In this document: positions 44,570 to 60,300 of the stretch, piece after piece
Layout: each line of letters opens with the position of its first letter
Position numbering within the stretch: position 1 is the first letter of the stretch
Assembly (NCBI GenBank): GCA_044221725.1
Contig: JBGAON010000005.1
Coordinates: 32,001 to 96,000, forward strand
Reading direction: 5' to 3'
Length of the DNA stretch: 64,000 bases
Origin: Elusimicrobiota bacterium
Lineage (GTDB): Bacteria > Elusimicrobiota > Elusimicrobia > F11
Program-made: the position numbers and the translations under genes
The notes under the pieces: model-generated
Seen by the model: only the letters and a program-made list of their open reading frames with translations
Told to the model about the DNA's origin: nothing
Databases searched by the model: none

Positions 44570-44650
44570 GCGCACACTATAGCGCGAAGAGCCTGCGTCC
44601 AATGTCAGCTGTGTGTAAGTTAATTGTAAATTCTTCGACGGAAAAACCAA

Positions 44651-45361
44651 TTAAGAGTCCCGACGGAGCGCTTCGTTCTCGTCGATTTTTGGGGGGCGGA
44701 ACTGCGGTTTGATCGGATTTTTGTAGGTGGTTTTATCGAGCAGCCCCGCCAATAGAAAGGCACGGCGTCGCTCAGCGCATTTGTTGCATACGCCGCAATG
44801 GATATGGCCCTGCGGGTTAATGCACGAAAACGAATATTGCAGCGGCAGTTGCTGGTATCGTCTAAGAATCTGTGTTTTTGTGAAATTTCGGAAGGGCGAG
44901 ATAACTTTTATTTTTTTCCGAAAACTTTTTTGGAGTAGTTTTTCCATCGTGTGAAAGTAGGCGGGTGTGGCATCCGGAAATGGATTTCCTTTCAGTGTGC
45001 CGATGGCAATCTCCCACACATTTTTTGGCGAGAGGGCGAGAAGTGCTTTAACAGTGAGCAGAAGATTTCTTGCCGGCAAAAAAACTTCCTTGTCGTCGCT
45101 TGTGGCATTGGGCGTGTGGCCGCGTTGGCTCCAATTGCTTTTGTACGCCCCTTCCAAAAGCAATCGAATGGGGAGAATTGGTTTTACGCGGTTAGAGCGA
45201 AGCGATCGAAGAAATCGTTTTGCCCAGTATTTCTCTGTTTTTTCCCAGGGGAGTTTGCACGAAACATACACGGGGAAAACCGTGTAATTTTTTTCCACCA
45301 AATGGCCCACGAGCGTGGCGCTATCGAGACCGCCGGAGTACAGGACTCCGATTTTTCTCAA
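44651..45361 (-). CDS. queC: 7-cyano-7-deazaguanine synthase
   Basis: LYSGGLDS, PARN, TK..I, and SC...HCG.C..C.ERR; TTG start after GGTGA. Confidence 0.88.
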   Translation of the reverse strand: MRKIGVLYSGGLDSATLVGHLVEKNYTVFPVYVSCKLPWEKTEKYWAKRFLRSLRSNRVKPILPIRLLLEGAYKSNWSQRGHTPNATSDDKEVFLPARNLLLTVKALLALSPKNVWEIAIGTLKGNPFPDATPAYFHTMEKLLQKSFRKKIKVISPFRNFTKTQILRRYQQLPLQYSFSCINPQGHIHCGVCNKCAERRRAFLLAGLLDKTTYKNPIKPQFRPPKIDENEALRRDS

Positions 45362-45371
45362 GGCGTCACCG

Positions 45372-45728
45372 TCATGATCGTCTTCGCGTGATGCATGCTC
45401 CGATCCCCGCAATATCGGCAAACACTTTCTTGGAGGCTTTCACTTCAACGGCATCGATCCGTTTGTCGGAAAGAACAATTTCGGCAATTCTTTCGGCAAG
45501 CGTTTCGACGAGAAAAAAAGTCTCCGATTTTGTTGTTTCCTTGATATGGGAGACGATCGCTGCGTAGTCGACGGTGTCCTTGATGTTGTCGGTTTTGGCC
45601 GGCTTTTCGAGAGGAAGAAATAGTTTTAGGCAAACGGTTACGATTTGTGGGAACGCCTTTTCCTCGTCGGTAATTCCGATTCTGCACGGAACTTGGAAGT
45701 CTTCGATGAACAAAAAATCACTGGACAT
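45372..45728 (-). CDS. folB: Dihydroneopterin aldolase
   Basis: IG...EE...PQ, D.IKDTVDY and LVETLAERIA. Confidence 0.9.
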   Translation of the reverse strand: MSSDFLFIEDFQVPCRIGITDEEKAFPQIVTVCLKLFLPLEKPAKTDNIKDTVDYAAIVSHIKETTKSETFFLVETLAERIAEIVLSDKRIDAVEVKASKKVFADIAGIGACITRRRS

Positions 45729-45842
45729 ATTTTCTCTTTACAAGATTTTCAATATTAATGTAGAGTACCGCCGGTTTCGATGAGAGCAATTCCACGTTAC
45801 CAATTTCTAAAAGCGAGTCGTTATCTTTAGGAAATTTTGTTG

Positions 45843-45872
45843 TTGACTTAGTATCAACGTTTAAGATATAAA
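45843..45872 (+). promoter_or_regulatory. rRNA operon promoter
   Basis: TTGACT-18 nt-TATAAA, an AT-rich upstream region and a GC-rich discriminator. Confidence 0.6.
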
Positions 45873-45930
45873 GCCGGTCCCGAAATAATTTTCCCCGCGA
45901 AGATTATATTGCTTCGCGAGGCCATTTTTT

Positions 45931-45942
45931 TGTTCTTTGACA
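45931..45942 (+). promoter_or_regulatory. Leader boxA antiterminator
   Basis: TGTTCTTTGACA after a boxB-like hairpin; a second copy TGTTCTTTACA lies at 48157-48167. Confidence 0.7.
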
Positions 45943-46295
45943 TAGACACCATATAACGCTTCCAGCTTAGCTGGAGGTACTGGCCGATAATTAAAATTAT
46001 CGATCAGTGCGCAAGCGGGTGAGTGCCCTTGAGTCATGGGAAACCATGGGATTCAAGAGCCTCTAATTAATGGGTAAGACAGAACGTCTTATCTATATTT
46101 GGTGTGTGTATAACGATGGAAACCATAAAGAGGCCCGTTTATCGAAAGATAGACAATCTTTATGGTGAAACAAATGTCTCGATGCCCTCAAGCGCATCGG
46201 GACAGCCAACGTTGAACTTTGAAGTATAAAGTAATTGTAGAGCCAATTAAAAAACCTCTGATGAAAACCGGTCTCTTAACCCGAGGCTGTAAATT

Positions 46296-47852
<1,557 letters not shown>

Positions 47853-47951
47853 AGTTTTTTTTCTGCAAAGAAAGAAAACAGGTCGATCTCTTGAATACAC
47901 ACAGGGGTACTCACTCGCTTGCGCAAATAATATACATACAGCAAAAATTTA

Positions 47952-48024
47952 GGGGCTGTAGCTCAGCTGGGAGAGCGCCTGCTTTGCAAGCAGGAGGTCG
48001 CCAGTTCGATCCTGGTCAGCTCCA
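47952..48024 (+). tRNA. tRNA-Ala(TGC), CCA not encoded
   Basis: Cloverleaf with acceptor stem GGGGCTG/CAGCTCC and anticodon loop TTTGCAA. Confidence 0.97.
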
Positions 48025-48051
48025 GGATTAAAAGAATCAGCCAAACCATTC

Positions 48052-48125
48052 GGACCCATAGCTCAGCTGGTTAGAGCGTACGCTTGATAAGCGTAAGGTC
48101 GGTGGTTCGATCCCACCTGGGTCCA
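48052..48125 (+). tRNA. tRNA-Ile(GAT), CCA not encoded
   Basis: Cloverleaf with acceptor stem GGACCCA/TGGGTCC and anticodon loop TTGATAA. Confidence 0.97.
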
Positions 48126-48341
48126 TTTCTATTTCGGTGTCTATAAACAGATTTCTTGTTCTTTACATATTTGTCTTATTTTTCGTTCTGTTCTCAAAAG
48201 CCGTCCGGCTCCACGCGATGGAGGTAGGATTCCTTGAGGAGGATTCAGTCGAACGAAATAATAACTTAAGGGAAAAAAATTAAGAAATAAGCGTCAATAG
48301 GATAGACGGATTTTAAACCGATCCGTCATATTCATTAATGC

Positions 48342-51374
<3,033 letters not shown>

Positions 51375-51473
51375 GTATTGATGAATAGAATGTTCGCCAT
51401 CCTTTTGGCGAACGCCTGTTGGCGCTTATTTTTTAGTTTTTTTCCGAGTTAAAAGATTTTTTAGAGGAACGAA

Positions 51474-51591
51474 TGCTGGTGGTAATTCCAAAGAGGTCAC
51501 ACCCGTTCCCATTCCGAACACGGCAGTTAAGCTCTTTAGGGTCGATGGTACTTGTACCGCAAGGTACCGGAAGAGTAGATCGCTGCCAGCA
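51474..51591 (+). rRNA. rrf: 5S rRNA
   Basis: TGCTGGTGG...CCCATTCCGAACAC...CGATGGTAC...CTGCCAGCA. Confidence 0.97.
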
Positions 51592-51611
51592 TTGGTTCCT
51601 CTGGAAATTTG

Positions 51612-52412
51612 ATGAGACATTTGAAATTCGGTTTCGTAGTTATCGGAACTTTTTTTCTAATCAGTAAAACTCAAGCAAGCGAGGTTTTTTCATCGGCCGA
51701 TTCGATGGAAGCCAAGAGCTGGAGTTTTTCTGCTTTTGGTTCGACCAGTAGACTCGAGCCAAAGGTGAAAGTCACGAATAACGGATCGGTTCAGGTGCCA
51801 ACGTCAGGTGGCTCTACTTCGGTGTTCGGGACAACGAACGCTGAAATAAAAATGGAGCAAGAGTCGGAGCAGGTTGTGGGACTCTTTGAATTTCAGCCCC
51901 ATGACGGTCTGAAATACAGATTTAAGATCGGGCAAGTTCGAGAGTTTAATCTTGAGTTTTCATCCGGAAGCCAGACCAACAAGTTGGAAACCACAGGAAG
52001 CGGTTTTGTGTGGGGTGTCGGCATCGGTGGAAGTTTGGCCCCAAGTTCGATTGTTAGTTTAGGAATCCGCTGGGATGTGGCGTACGCGCAGACGAATGTA
52101 AATTTGGACCGGTTGCAAGGTGGTCCGGCCGCGTATGCGGTGGATCAAGATTTTCGACAAGAAGAGATTCAGGGCAGCTTGACACTGAGTCGACGTTGGA
52201 AAATGGTTGAACCGTACGGTGGAGTTAAAGTTTTCCATTTGATGAATCGTCTCGTTGATAACGGGACGAAAGAGAAAATTAAGGGCACGAATGACGAGGT
52301 GAGCCCGTTCGTTGGTTTGCAATGGATGGTCGCCGAGAAGGATAGTTTGGTGATAGAAGGTTCTTTCGTTGGAGAAAAGTCGTTGTCCGCGGGATTTAAA
52401 GCACAATTTTAA
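51612..52412 (+). CDS. Outer-membrane beta-barrel protein
   Basis: Signal peptide ending TQA-S; alternating beta-strand pattern; terminal GFKAQF beta-signal. Confidence 0.7.
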   Translation: MRHLKFGFVVIGTFFLISKTQASEVFSSADSMEAKSWSFSAFGSTSRLEPKVKVTNNGSVQVPTSGGSTSVFGTTNAEIKMEQESEQVVGLFEFQPHDGLKYRFKIGQVREFNLEFSSGSQTNKLETTGSGFVWGVGIGGSLAPSSIVSLGIRWDVAYAQTNVNLDRLQGGPAAYAVDQDFRQEEIQGSLTLSRRWKMVEPYGGVKVFHLMNRLVDNGTKEKIKGTNDEVSPFVGLQWMVAEKDSLVIEGSFVGEKSLSAGFKAQF

Positions 52413-52426
52413 ATTGAGGGAAAAAT

Positions 52427-52954
52427 ATGGCGAGTGCAGTTAAAGAAAAACAAGTTGCGAGTTTGGCCGAAGAGTTGAAAGCGTCTCCGCATGTGGTGAT
52501 TACCCAATACCAGGGAATGACAGCGGAGCAGTTTGATGCTTTGCGGGCAGCGCTTCGTCCTCTTGGCGCGAAGTACAAAGTCGTGAAAAATCGCTTGGCC
52601 AAAATTTCTTTCAATGAAACCGGTTACGGTGATCTTAAAGACCTTATGAAAGGTCCGTCGGCTATTGCATACAAGGGAACCGATGGAGCTGCGATCGTCA
52701 AAGCCCTTTTCAAATTTGGTGAAGCCAATACGAATTTTAAAGTTAAAGCTGGACGTCTTTTTGGAATCACAGCGGATGTTAAAAACCTAAAAGCGATGGC
52801 GGACTTGCCGTCGCGTGAAGTACTCCTAGCCACGCTGTTGGCTCGTTTGAACGGGCCACTGACCAGCCTCGTTACAACGATGAACGAACCCTTGCGCTCG
52901 CTGCATGCCGCGATGAGCGCCCTTGCTAAGAAGAAAGAAGCGAAGGCAGCATAA
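52427..52954 (+). CDS. rplJ: 50S ribosomal protein L10
   Basis: YQGMT...LR, VVKNRLA, GPSAIA and LPSREVLLA. Confidence 0.96.
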   Translation: MASAVKEKQVASLAEELKASPHVVITQYQGMTAEQFDALRAALRPLGAKYKVVKNRLAKISFNETGYGDLKDLMKGPSAIAYKGTDGAAIVKALFKFGEANTNFKVKAGRLFGITADVKNLKAMADLPSREVLLATLLARLNGPLTSLVTTMNEPLRSLHAAMSALAKKKEAKAA

Positions 52955-53048
52955 TTTTCAAATCATAATGTCCGCCATTAAGATTGGCGGGCGCTATCGC
53001 GCAAATCCGTCGTGTGGATCATGGCGTTAGTTGATAAGGAGGAACAAA

Positions 53049-53435
53049 ATGGCACAAGTTACTGTTGAAGACTTCGTCGAATCTCTCGAAAAGTGGACGA
53101 TTCTCGATATCAGCAAAGCAGTTAAATCAATCGAAGAAAAATATGGAATTTCAGCCGCCCCTGTTGCTGTCGCCGCCGCACCCGCCGCTGGTGGCGCTGC
53201 TGGTGGAGCCGCTGCAGAAGAGAAAACCGAATTCACGGTGATGTTGACCGGCGCCGGCGCCAATAAGATCCAAGTGATCAAAGTTGTTCGTGAATTGACC
53301 GGACTTGGACTCAAAGAAGCGAAAGACCTCGTTGAAGGCGCACCAAAACCAGTGAAAGAAAACGTGGACAAGAAAACCGCGGAAGAACTGAAAAAGAAAC
53401 TCGTTGAGCAAGGCGCGACCGTAGAAATTAAATAA
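53049..53435 (+). CDS. rplL: 50S ribosomal protein L7/L12
   Basis: [34 protein letters not shown]. Confidence 0.98.
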   Translation: MAQVTVEDFVESLEKWTILDISKAVKSIEEKYGISAAPVAVAAAPAAGGAAGGAAAEEKTEFTVMLTGAGANKIQVIKVVRELTGLGLKEAKDLVEGAPKPVKENVDKKTAEELKKKLVEQGATVEIK

Positions 53436-53449
53436 ATAAGCTGTTGTAG

Positions 53450-53506
53450 GCTGTAAGCCATAAGCCGTAAGCGTTGAGCTTATAGCTTAGGGCTTACAGC
53501 TGTTTT
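53450..53506 (+). terminator. rplL-rpoB hairpin (attenuator candidate) built from heptamer repeats
   Basis: About 23-bp stem GCTGTAAGCCATAAGCCGTAAGC / GCTTATAGCTTAGGGCTTACAGC followed by TGTTTT. Confidence 0.55.
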
Positions 53507-53550
53507 GTCGTTAACGAAGTAATTTTGAAGAACGTTTCAGAGGAGCTACC

Positions 53551-56500
53551 TTGAAAAAGACATCATTTGCTCGGATTAAGCCAGTTATCGAAATTCCCCA
53601 ATTGCTTGAAATGCAACGGGCCTCGTACCGTGAATTTTTGCAAGACGAAGTTCCGGTGAAAGAGCGGAAGATTCAAGGTCTTCAAGCGTCCTTCATGGAC
53701 ATTTATCCGATCATCAATGGCGACGAAAGCCTCGCTCTTGAATTTGTTCAATACAATCTCGGCACACCGAAGCACACCATTGAAGAAGCCATTGATAAAG
53801 ATGGCACCTACGCGGCCCCTCTGAAGGCTGTCATGCGTTTGGTTCACCGCCAGCCCTCCGGAAAACCAAAAGTCCTCACCGAACAAGAAGTTTATCTTTG
53901 CGAGTTGCCGCTCATGACCGAAACCGCTTCCTTCGTTATCAATGGTGCGGAACGCGTTGTTGTCAGTCAGCTGCACCGTTCGCCGGGCGTTATTTTTGAA
54001 GAAGACGAAGAGAAAAATATTTCGTCGTACGGTAAAAATCTTTTCTTCGCGCGCATCATTCCTTATCGTGGCGCTTGGGTTGAATTCGAATTCGATTTGA
54101 ACAACGCGATCTTCGTCCGCATCGACAAGAAACGCAAATTTCCGGCCACCACGCTTCTGCGCGCTGCCGGTATTGAAACCAACGCACAAATTCTTGAACT
54201 CTTCTACGACACCGAAACCTTGCCGGTTGAAGGCGGTAACCTCGCGGGCCGCGTGCTTGCCGACGATGTTGTTGAAAATGAAACCGGCGAAGTGTTGCTC
54301 GAAGCAAACGCCGAAATTTCGAAGGAATCCGCGCTGCGCTTTCAAGAAAAGAAAATTAAGAACGTGAAAGTTATCATCACGGACCCAGCGCTCAACGACA
54401 TTGCGATCCGCAACACGCTGCTCAAAGATCCGGTCCGCAGCCGCAAAGAAGCGATCCATCAAATCTACCGCGTCGTCCGTTCGCAGGAATTTATTGTTCC
54501 GGAACAGGCTGAAAATTATCTCGACACGCTACTTTTCAAATCCATCCGTCACTACGACTTCACAAAAGTCGGACGCTTCAAAATTAACCGCAAACTCCTT
54601 CCGCTCTATTCGAACCTCATTAAGAAGAAAGGCTTCGGTTTTGAAATTCCAGCGGAACGCCGCCGTACGTTGAGCTTGGAAGACATTATCGTGACGTTGC
54701 AATACGTGATCGCGCTCAACAACGGTCAAACATCGATCAAAGTTGGCGACGATCAGATTAAAGTTGAAGTCGACGACATCGACCATCTTGGAAACCGCCG
54801 CGTTCGTGGCGTGGGCGAATTGCTCGAGAACCAAATCCGTATGGGCTTGGCGCAAATGTCCCGTATGGCGCGCGACCGCATGAATCTGCAAGACGAACCG
54901 AACCCGACGCCGCGCTCGGTATTAAACACCGCGCCCGTGGCTGCCGCGGTCCGCAAATTCTTCGGATCGAGTCAGCTGTCGCAATTCATGGATCAAACAA
55001 ATCCTCTTTCGGAGCTTACGCACAAACGTCGTATGTCGGCTCTTGGCCCGGGCGGTTTGCACCGGAAACGCGCCGGCTTCGAAGTGCGTGACGTTCACCA
55101 TACTCATTACGGACGTATCTGTCCGATCGAAACTCCGGAAGGACCGAACATCGGTCTCATTACGTCGCTGGCTTGCTTTGCGCGTATTAACCAATATGGT
55201 CTTATTGAATCTCCGTATCGCGCCGTGAAGAAAGGAGAAGTTTCCGACGAAGTCGAGTACTTAACCGCGGACAAAGAGGACGATTACACGGTTGCACAAG
55301 CAAACGCGGCGATCGACAAAAGCGGGAAATTCCAAGCCGATCTCGTGGCGTGTCGTTTCCGTGGCGACTTCCCGCAGAAGAATCCGAACGACATTAATTT
55401 CATGGACATCTCACCCGCCCAGGTGGTCTCTATTTCCACCGCGCTCATTCCGTTTCTTGAGCATGACGATGCGAACCGCGCTCTCATGGGCTCGAACATG
55501 CAACGGCAAGCAGTTCCATTGCTCGTTCCCGAAGCACCGTTCGTTGGAACCGGCATTGAAGCGGCTGTTGCGCAAGACTCTGGCGCCGCGCTTGTGGCGC
55601 GTCACGCTGGTGTTGTGACATCCGTGTGGAGCGATCAAATTGCAATTTATACCGACGAAGGCGATGTGGACATTTACCGCCTTCGCAAATACGCGCGTTC
55701 GAACCAAGATACCTGCGTAAACCAAATTCCGTATGTGAAAGTTGGTGACCGCGTGAAAAAAGGCGACGTGGTTTGCGATGGTCCGTCCACGGATCAAGGG
55801 GAGCTCGCGCTCGGCAAAAATCTCACCGTGGCGTTCATGCCGTGGGAAGGGTACAACTTCGAAGACGCTATTCTTTTGAATGAGAAACTGGTTCGCGAAG
55901 ATCTTTTTACATCGATTCATATTTCCGAATTCCAAATCGAAGCGCGCGACACAAAGCTCGGTGCCGAAGAAATTACGCGCGATATTCCAAACGTGGGCGC
56001 CGATGCGCTTGTGAATTTGGACGAAAACGGAATCATCCGCTCGGGCGCCGAAGTCGGACCCGGCGATATTCTCGTCGGTAAAGTTGCACCGAAAGGCGAA
56101 CAACAAATCACGCCGGAAGAGCGCCTCCTGAAAGTTATCTTCGGTAAAAAAGCCGAAGACGTGATGGACGCTTCGCTGCGCGTTCCGCCGGGAATCCATG
56201 GAAAAATTATTGCGACACGTTCGTTCATCCGCAAAGAGAAGCTGAGCAAGAAAGAAGAAAACAAGCGGATGAAAGACATCGAGACCGAACTCGAAGACAA
56301 GCTCGCTTGGATTCGTGAGCAGAAAAAAGAACGTCTCGCTCGCTTGGACAAAGAACTCGACGCGAAAGAAATTTCCCCGAAGCAAGCGTCGGAAGGCAAA
56401 GACGAAGCCAAGGCGTTGGCTCAGAAATTGGAATCCGAGGCGCGCCTTGAAGCTGCGCGTCTCAAAGAAAATCTTAAACATGGCGATGACTTGCCGGTGA

Positions 56501-57369
56501 CCGTGAACCGCGTTGTGAAAGTGTTCATCGGAATGAAACGCAAAGTGCAAGTCGGCGATAAGCTCGCCGGTCGCCACGGAAATAAAGGTGTGGTTGCGCG
56601 CGTGATGTCGCCGCAAGACATGCCGTACATGCCGGATGGAACCCCGGTCGACGTGGTTCTTTCGCCGCTTGGCGTGCCATCGCGTATGAACGTTGGACAG
56701 CTCTTGGAAGTCATGTTGGGTTGGGCTGGAAAAACGCTCGACACGCACATGATTACGCCGGTGTTCGATGGTGCGAAAGAAGAACAGATTCTGGATGCGG
56801 TTCGTCAAGCGAAAGACAGCTTGCGCAAATCCGGCGTCCGCGAAGATTATCTGCCCGGCGATTATTGCGACATGACTCTTTACGATGGTCGCACCGGTGA
56901 ACCGTTTAGTGAAAAAGTGACGGTCGGTGTAATGTACATGCTGAAACTCGCGCACATGGTAGAAGACAAAATCCACGCGCGCTCGACCGGCCCGTACTCG
57001 CTTATCACGCGCCAGCCGCTCGGTGGAAAAGCGCAGTTTGGCGGTCAACGCTTCGGTGAAATGGAAGTGTGGGCGATTGAAGGTTATGGCGCCGCGCACA
57101 TCCTGCAAGAATTCTTGACTGTTAAATCCGACGATGCGAACGGCCGTACGAAAATGTACGAAGCCATTATCCGCGGCGAATCCGTGACCGAGCCGGGTAT
57201 CCCCGAATCGTTCAAGGTGTTGGTCCGCGAGTTGCAATCGCTCGGCGTCAATGTTGAACTGCTCCGTCAAAAAGATGGTACGTCCACACAAGCACTGGAC
57301 TTGACGGACGAAACCCAGAAAGAACCGGAAGCCTCTGCTATAGGCGGAGCTGCGAAGGAGAGGGAATAA
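53551..57369 (+). CDS. rpoB: RNA polymerase beta subunit
   Basis: [25 protein letters not shown] and [12 protein letters not shown] start. Confidence 0.99.
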   Translation: MKKTSFARIKPVIEIPQLLEMQRASYREFLQDEVPVKERKIQGLQASFMDIYPIINGDESLALEFVQYNLGTPKHTIEEAIDKDGTYAAPLKAVMRLVHRQPSGKPKVLTEQEVYLCELPLMTETASFVINGAERVVVSQLHRSPGVIFEEDEEKNISSYGKNLFFARIIPYRGAWVEFEFDLNNAIFVRIDKKRKFPATTLLRAAGIETNAQILELFYDTETLPVEGGNLAGRVLADDVVENETGEVLLEANAEISKESALRFQEKKIKNVKVIITDPALNDIAIRNTLLKDPVRSRKEAIHQIYRVVRSQEFIVPEQAENYLDTLLFKSIRHYDFTKVGRFKINRKLLPLYSNLIKKKGFGFEIPAERRRTLSLEDIIVTLQYVIALNNGQTSIKVGDDQIKVEVDDIDHLGNRRVRGVGELLENQIRMGLAQMSRMARDRMNLQDEPNPTPRSVLNTAPVAAAVRKFFGSSQLSQFMDQTNPLSELTHKRRMSALGPGGLHRKRAGFEVRDVHHTHYGRICPIETPEGPNIGLITSLACFARINQYGLIESPYRAVKKGEVSDEVEYLTADKEDDYTVAQANAAIDKSGKFQADLVACRFRGDFPQKNPNDINFMDISPAQVVSISTALIPFLEHDDANRALMGSNMQRQAVPLLVPEAPFVGTGIEAAVAQDSGAALVARHAGVVTSVWSDQIAIYTDEGDVDIYRLRKYARSNQDTCVNQIPYVKVGDRVKKGDVVCDGPSTDQGELALGKNLTVAFMPWEGYNFEDAILLNEKLVREDLFTSIHISEFQIEARDTKLGAEEITRDIPNVGADALVNLDENGIIRSGAEVGPGDILVGKVAPKGEQQITPEERLLKVIFGKKAEDVMDASLRVPPGIHGKIIATRSFIRKEKLSKKEENKRMKDIETELEDKLAWIREQKKERLARLDKELDAKEISPKQASEGKDEAKALAQKLESEARLEAARLKENLKHGDDLPVTVNRVVKVFIGMKRKVQVGDKLAGRHGNKGVVARVMSPQDMPYMPDGTPVDVVLSPLGVPSRMNVGQLLEVMLGWAGKTLDTHMITPVFDGAKEEQILDAVRQAKDSLRKSGVREDYLPGDYCDMTLYDGRTGEPFSEKVTVGVMYMLKLAHMVEDKIHARSTGPYSLITRQPLGGKAQFGGQRFGEMEVWAIEGYGAAHILQEFLTVKSDDANGRTKMYEAIIRGESVTEPGIPESFKVLVRELQSLGVNVELLRQKDGTSTQALDLTDETQKEPEASAIGGAAKERE

Positions 57370-57372
57370 GTC

Positions 57373-60300
57373 ATGGATACAATTACAATCGATAAGAAAA
57401 AAGATCTTCCGCGCGCCGGCAAAAAGAAAGGCGTTCCGGCCGTAAACTTCTCGGACTTCGATTCGATTCGTTTGTCCGTGGCCAGCCCCGAAGAAATTCG
57501 GTCGTGGTCGCACGGCGAAGTGCGCAAACCAGAAACCATTAACTACCGCACGTTCAAACCGGAACGCGACGGTCTTTTCTGTGAACGCATATTCGGCCCG
57601 GTCCGTGACTGGGAGTGCGCGTGCGGAAAATACAAATACATTAAATACAAAGGCACCGTCTGTGATCGTTGCGGCGTTGAAGTCACCGAAGCAAAAGTTC
57701 GTCGCGAGCGCATGGGCTCCATCGAGCTTGCTGTGCCAGTCGCACACGTTTGGTATCTGCGCAAAGCGCCGTCCCGTATTGGTTCGCTGCTCGGCATTCG
57801 TCTCACGGATCTGGAGAAGATTTGTTACTACGCGCGTTTCGTCGTTTTGGAAGATATTAAGTCCGAAGACGGCAAAGTAAAATTCCCAGCCAAAACCCTT
57901 TTGACGGACGAGGAATATCACAAAGTCCGACAAGAGTACGGCGAAAAAGTAAAAGTTGGAATTGGCGCCGATGCGATTCGCCAGCTCCTTGAAAGAATTG
58001 ATTTGCCAGGCGAAGTGAAATACATCCGCGAACGCTTCAAGAACATTGAATCCGAAGCCGAGCGCAACAAACTTATTAAACGTCTTCGCATCGTCGAAGG
58101 ATTTTTGCATTCGAAGAGCCGTCCGGAATGGATGGTTCTGACCGTGCTGCCGGTGATTCCACCGGACTTGCGCCCACTCGTGCCGCTCGAAGGTGGTCGT
58201 TTCGCAACCTCCGACTTGAACGATCTTTACCGTCGCATTATCAACCGCAACAACCGGTTGAAACACATCGAGTCGCTCCGCGCTCCGGAAGTCATGATTC
58301 ACAACGAAAAACGTTTGCTGCAAGAAGCGGTGGACGCGCTCATTGAAAACGGCGCCCGCGGCAAAGTGGTCGTTGGTGCGGGTGGACGTCCGCTCAAATC
58401 TCTGTCGGACATTCTCAAAGGAAAACAAGGCCGCTTCCGTCAGAACTTGCTCGGTAAGCGCGTCGACTATTCCGGCCGCTCCGTTATCGTCGTCGGTCCG
58501 AACTTGAAAATGAATCAGTGCGGATTGCCGAAGGAAATGGCGCTCGAACTTTTCAAGCCCTTTATTATTCGTGAGCTCATGAAACGTGAGAACATCACGT
58601 TGAAAGCTGCGAAGCGTATGTTGGAACGCGTGAAACCCGAAATCTGGGACATTCTCGAACAAGTGACGAAAGACCTCCCGATCTTGCTGAACCGCGCTCC
58701 TACGCTGCACCGTCTCGGCGTGCAAGCTTTCATGCCGGTCTTGATCGAAGGTAAATCCATTCAGTTGCACCCGCTCACCTGCGCCGCGTTCAACGCGGAC
58801 TTTGACGGTGACCAAATGGCCGTGCACGTGCCGCTCTCGATTGAAGCGCAGCTCGAAGCAAAGCTTCTCATGCTCGCATCCAACAACATCTTGTCGCCTG
58901 CGTCCGGTAAACCCATCGCGGTTCCGTCACAAGACATGATTCTTGGTATCGCTTACATGACGAAGATGAAACGTGGCGTTCTCGGCGAAGGCCGTTTCTT
59001 CGCGACGCGCGAAGAAGTGACGTCCGCGTTCCAGAACGAAACGATCTCGCTCCACGCCCGCATCAAAGTGGCCGGCATCAACAAACTTGTTGAAGACGGT
59101 CTCTCTGAAGACGATCAACGCAACCCCGACAAATGGACGTCATGGACGACCGTCGGTCGCGTGATCTTCAATGGCATTGTTCCGCCGGAGATGGGCTACA
59201 TCGACGTGAACATCACAAAGAAAGAAATTTCAAAACTCGTGGACCGTGCGTACCGTGAACTTGGTGCGTATCGTACGTCCACCTTCTTGGATCAAATCAA
59301 AAAGCTTGGTTACACCTACGCAACGAAAGCCGGTCTGTCGATCTCCGTTCAGGACTTCCACATTCCGTCTCAGAAAAACGAACTCGTGACGAAAGCGTTC
59401 GCGCAAGCGAAAGAAATCGCGAAGCAAGCGAAGATGGGTATCATCACCGACTCCGAGCGCTACAACAAAATCATCGACTTGTGGACGCACGTGACGGACT
59501 CCATTGCTGATCACATGTTTGATCAGATGCAAAAACAAGAAGCCGACAAATTAAAAGAAGGCGCGAAGAAGTTTAACCCGGTGTTCTTGATGGCCGACTC
59601 CGGTGCGCGCGGAAGCCGCCAACAAATCCGTCAGCTCGGTGGTATGCGTGGTCTCATGCAGAAACCGCAAAAGAAGCTGACCGGTGCCGTCGGTGAAATT
59701 ATCGAAAACCCGGTTATCGCGAATTTCCGCGAAGGCTTGTCGGTTCTCGAGTACTTCATCTCGACGCACGGAGGCCGCAAAGGTTTGGCCGATACCGCTC
59801 TTAAAACAGCCGACGCCGGTTACTTGACGCGCCGTCTCGTTGACGTCGCGCACGACATTGTCGTGACCGAAGAAGATTGCAAAACCATCAACGGCGTGTC
59901 CGTCGGAACGCTGATGACCGGAGAAGACGTGATCGAAACACTCGAAGAACGCGTGATCGGTCGCGTGACGCTCGACAATATCGTTGATCCGCTCACGGAC
60001 GAAGTGATCGTGAAAGCGAACGAAATGATCTCCGACGAGCAAGCGAAGAAAATTACGAAAGCCAGCATTGACCGCCTGCGCATCCGCTCGATCCTAACCT
60101 GCGAAGCGAAGCACGCGGTTTGCACAAAGTGTTACGGACTGAATCTCGCCACCGGCCGCATGGTCGAAGTCGGCGAAGCGGTTGGAATCATCGCCGCTCA
60201 GTCGATCGGTGAACCTGGTACCCAGCTGACGCTGCGAACCTTCCACATCGGTGGAACCGCCAGCCGCGTTATTCAACAGTCGCAAGTGCTCGCGAAAGAA

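Noticed and set aside
55411..58827. 1138-aa antisense ORF over rpoB/rpoC
   Set aside because: Shadow ORF produced by codon bias of highly expressed genes; no recognisable motifs.
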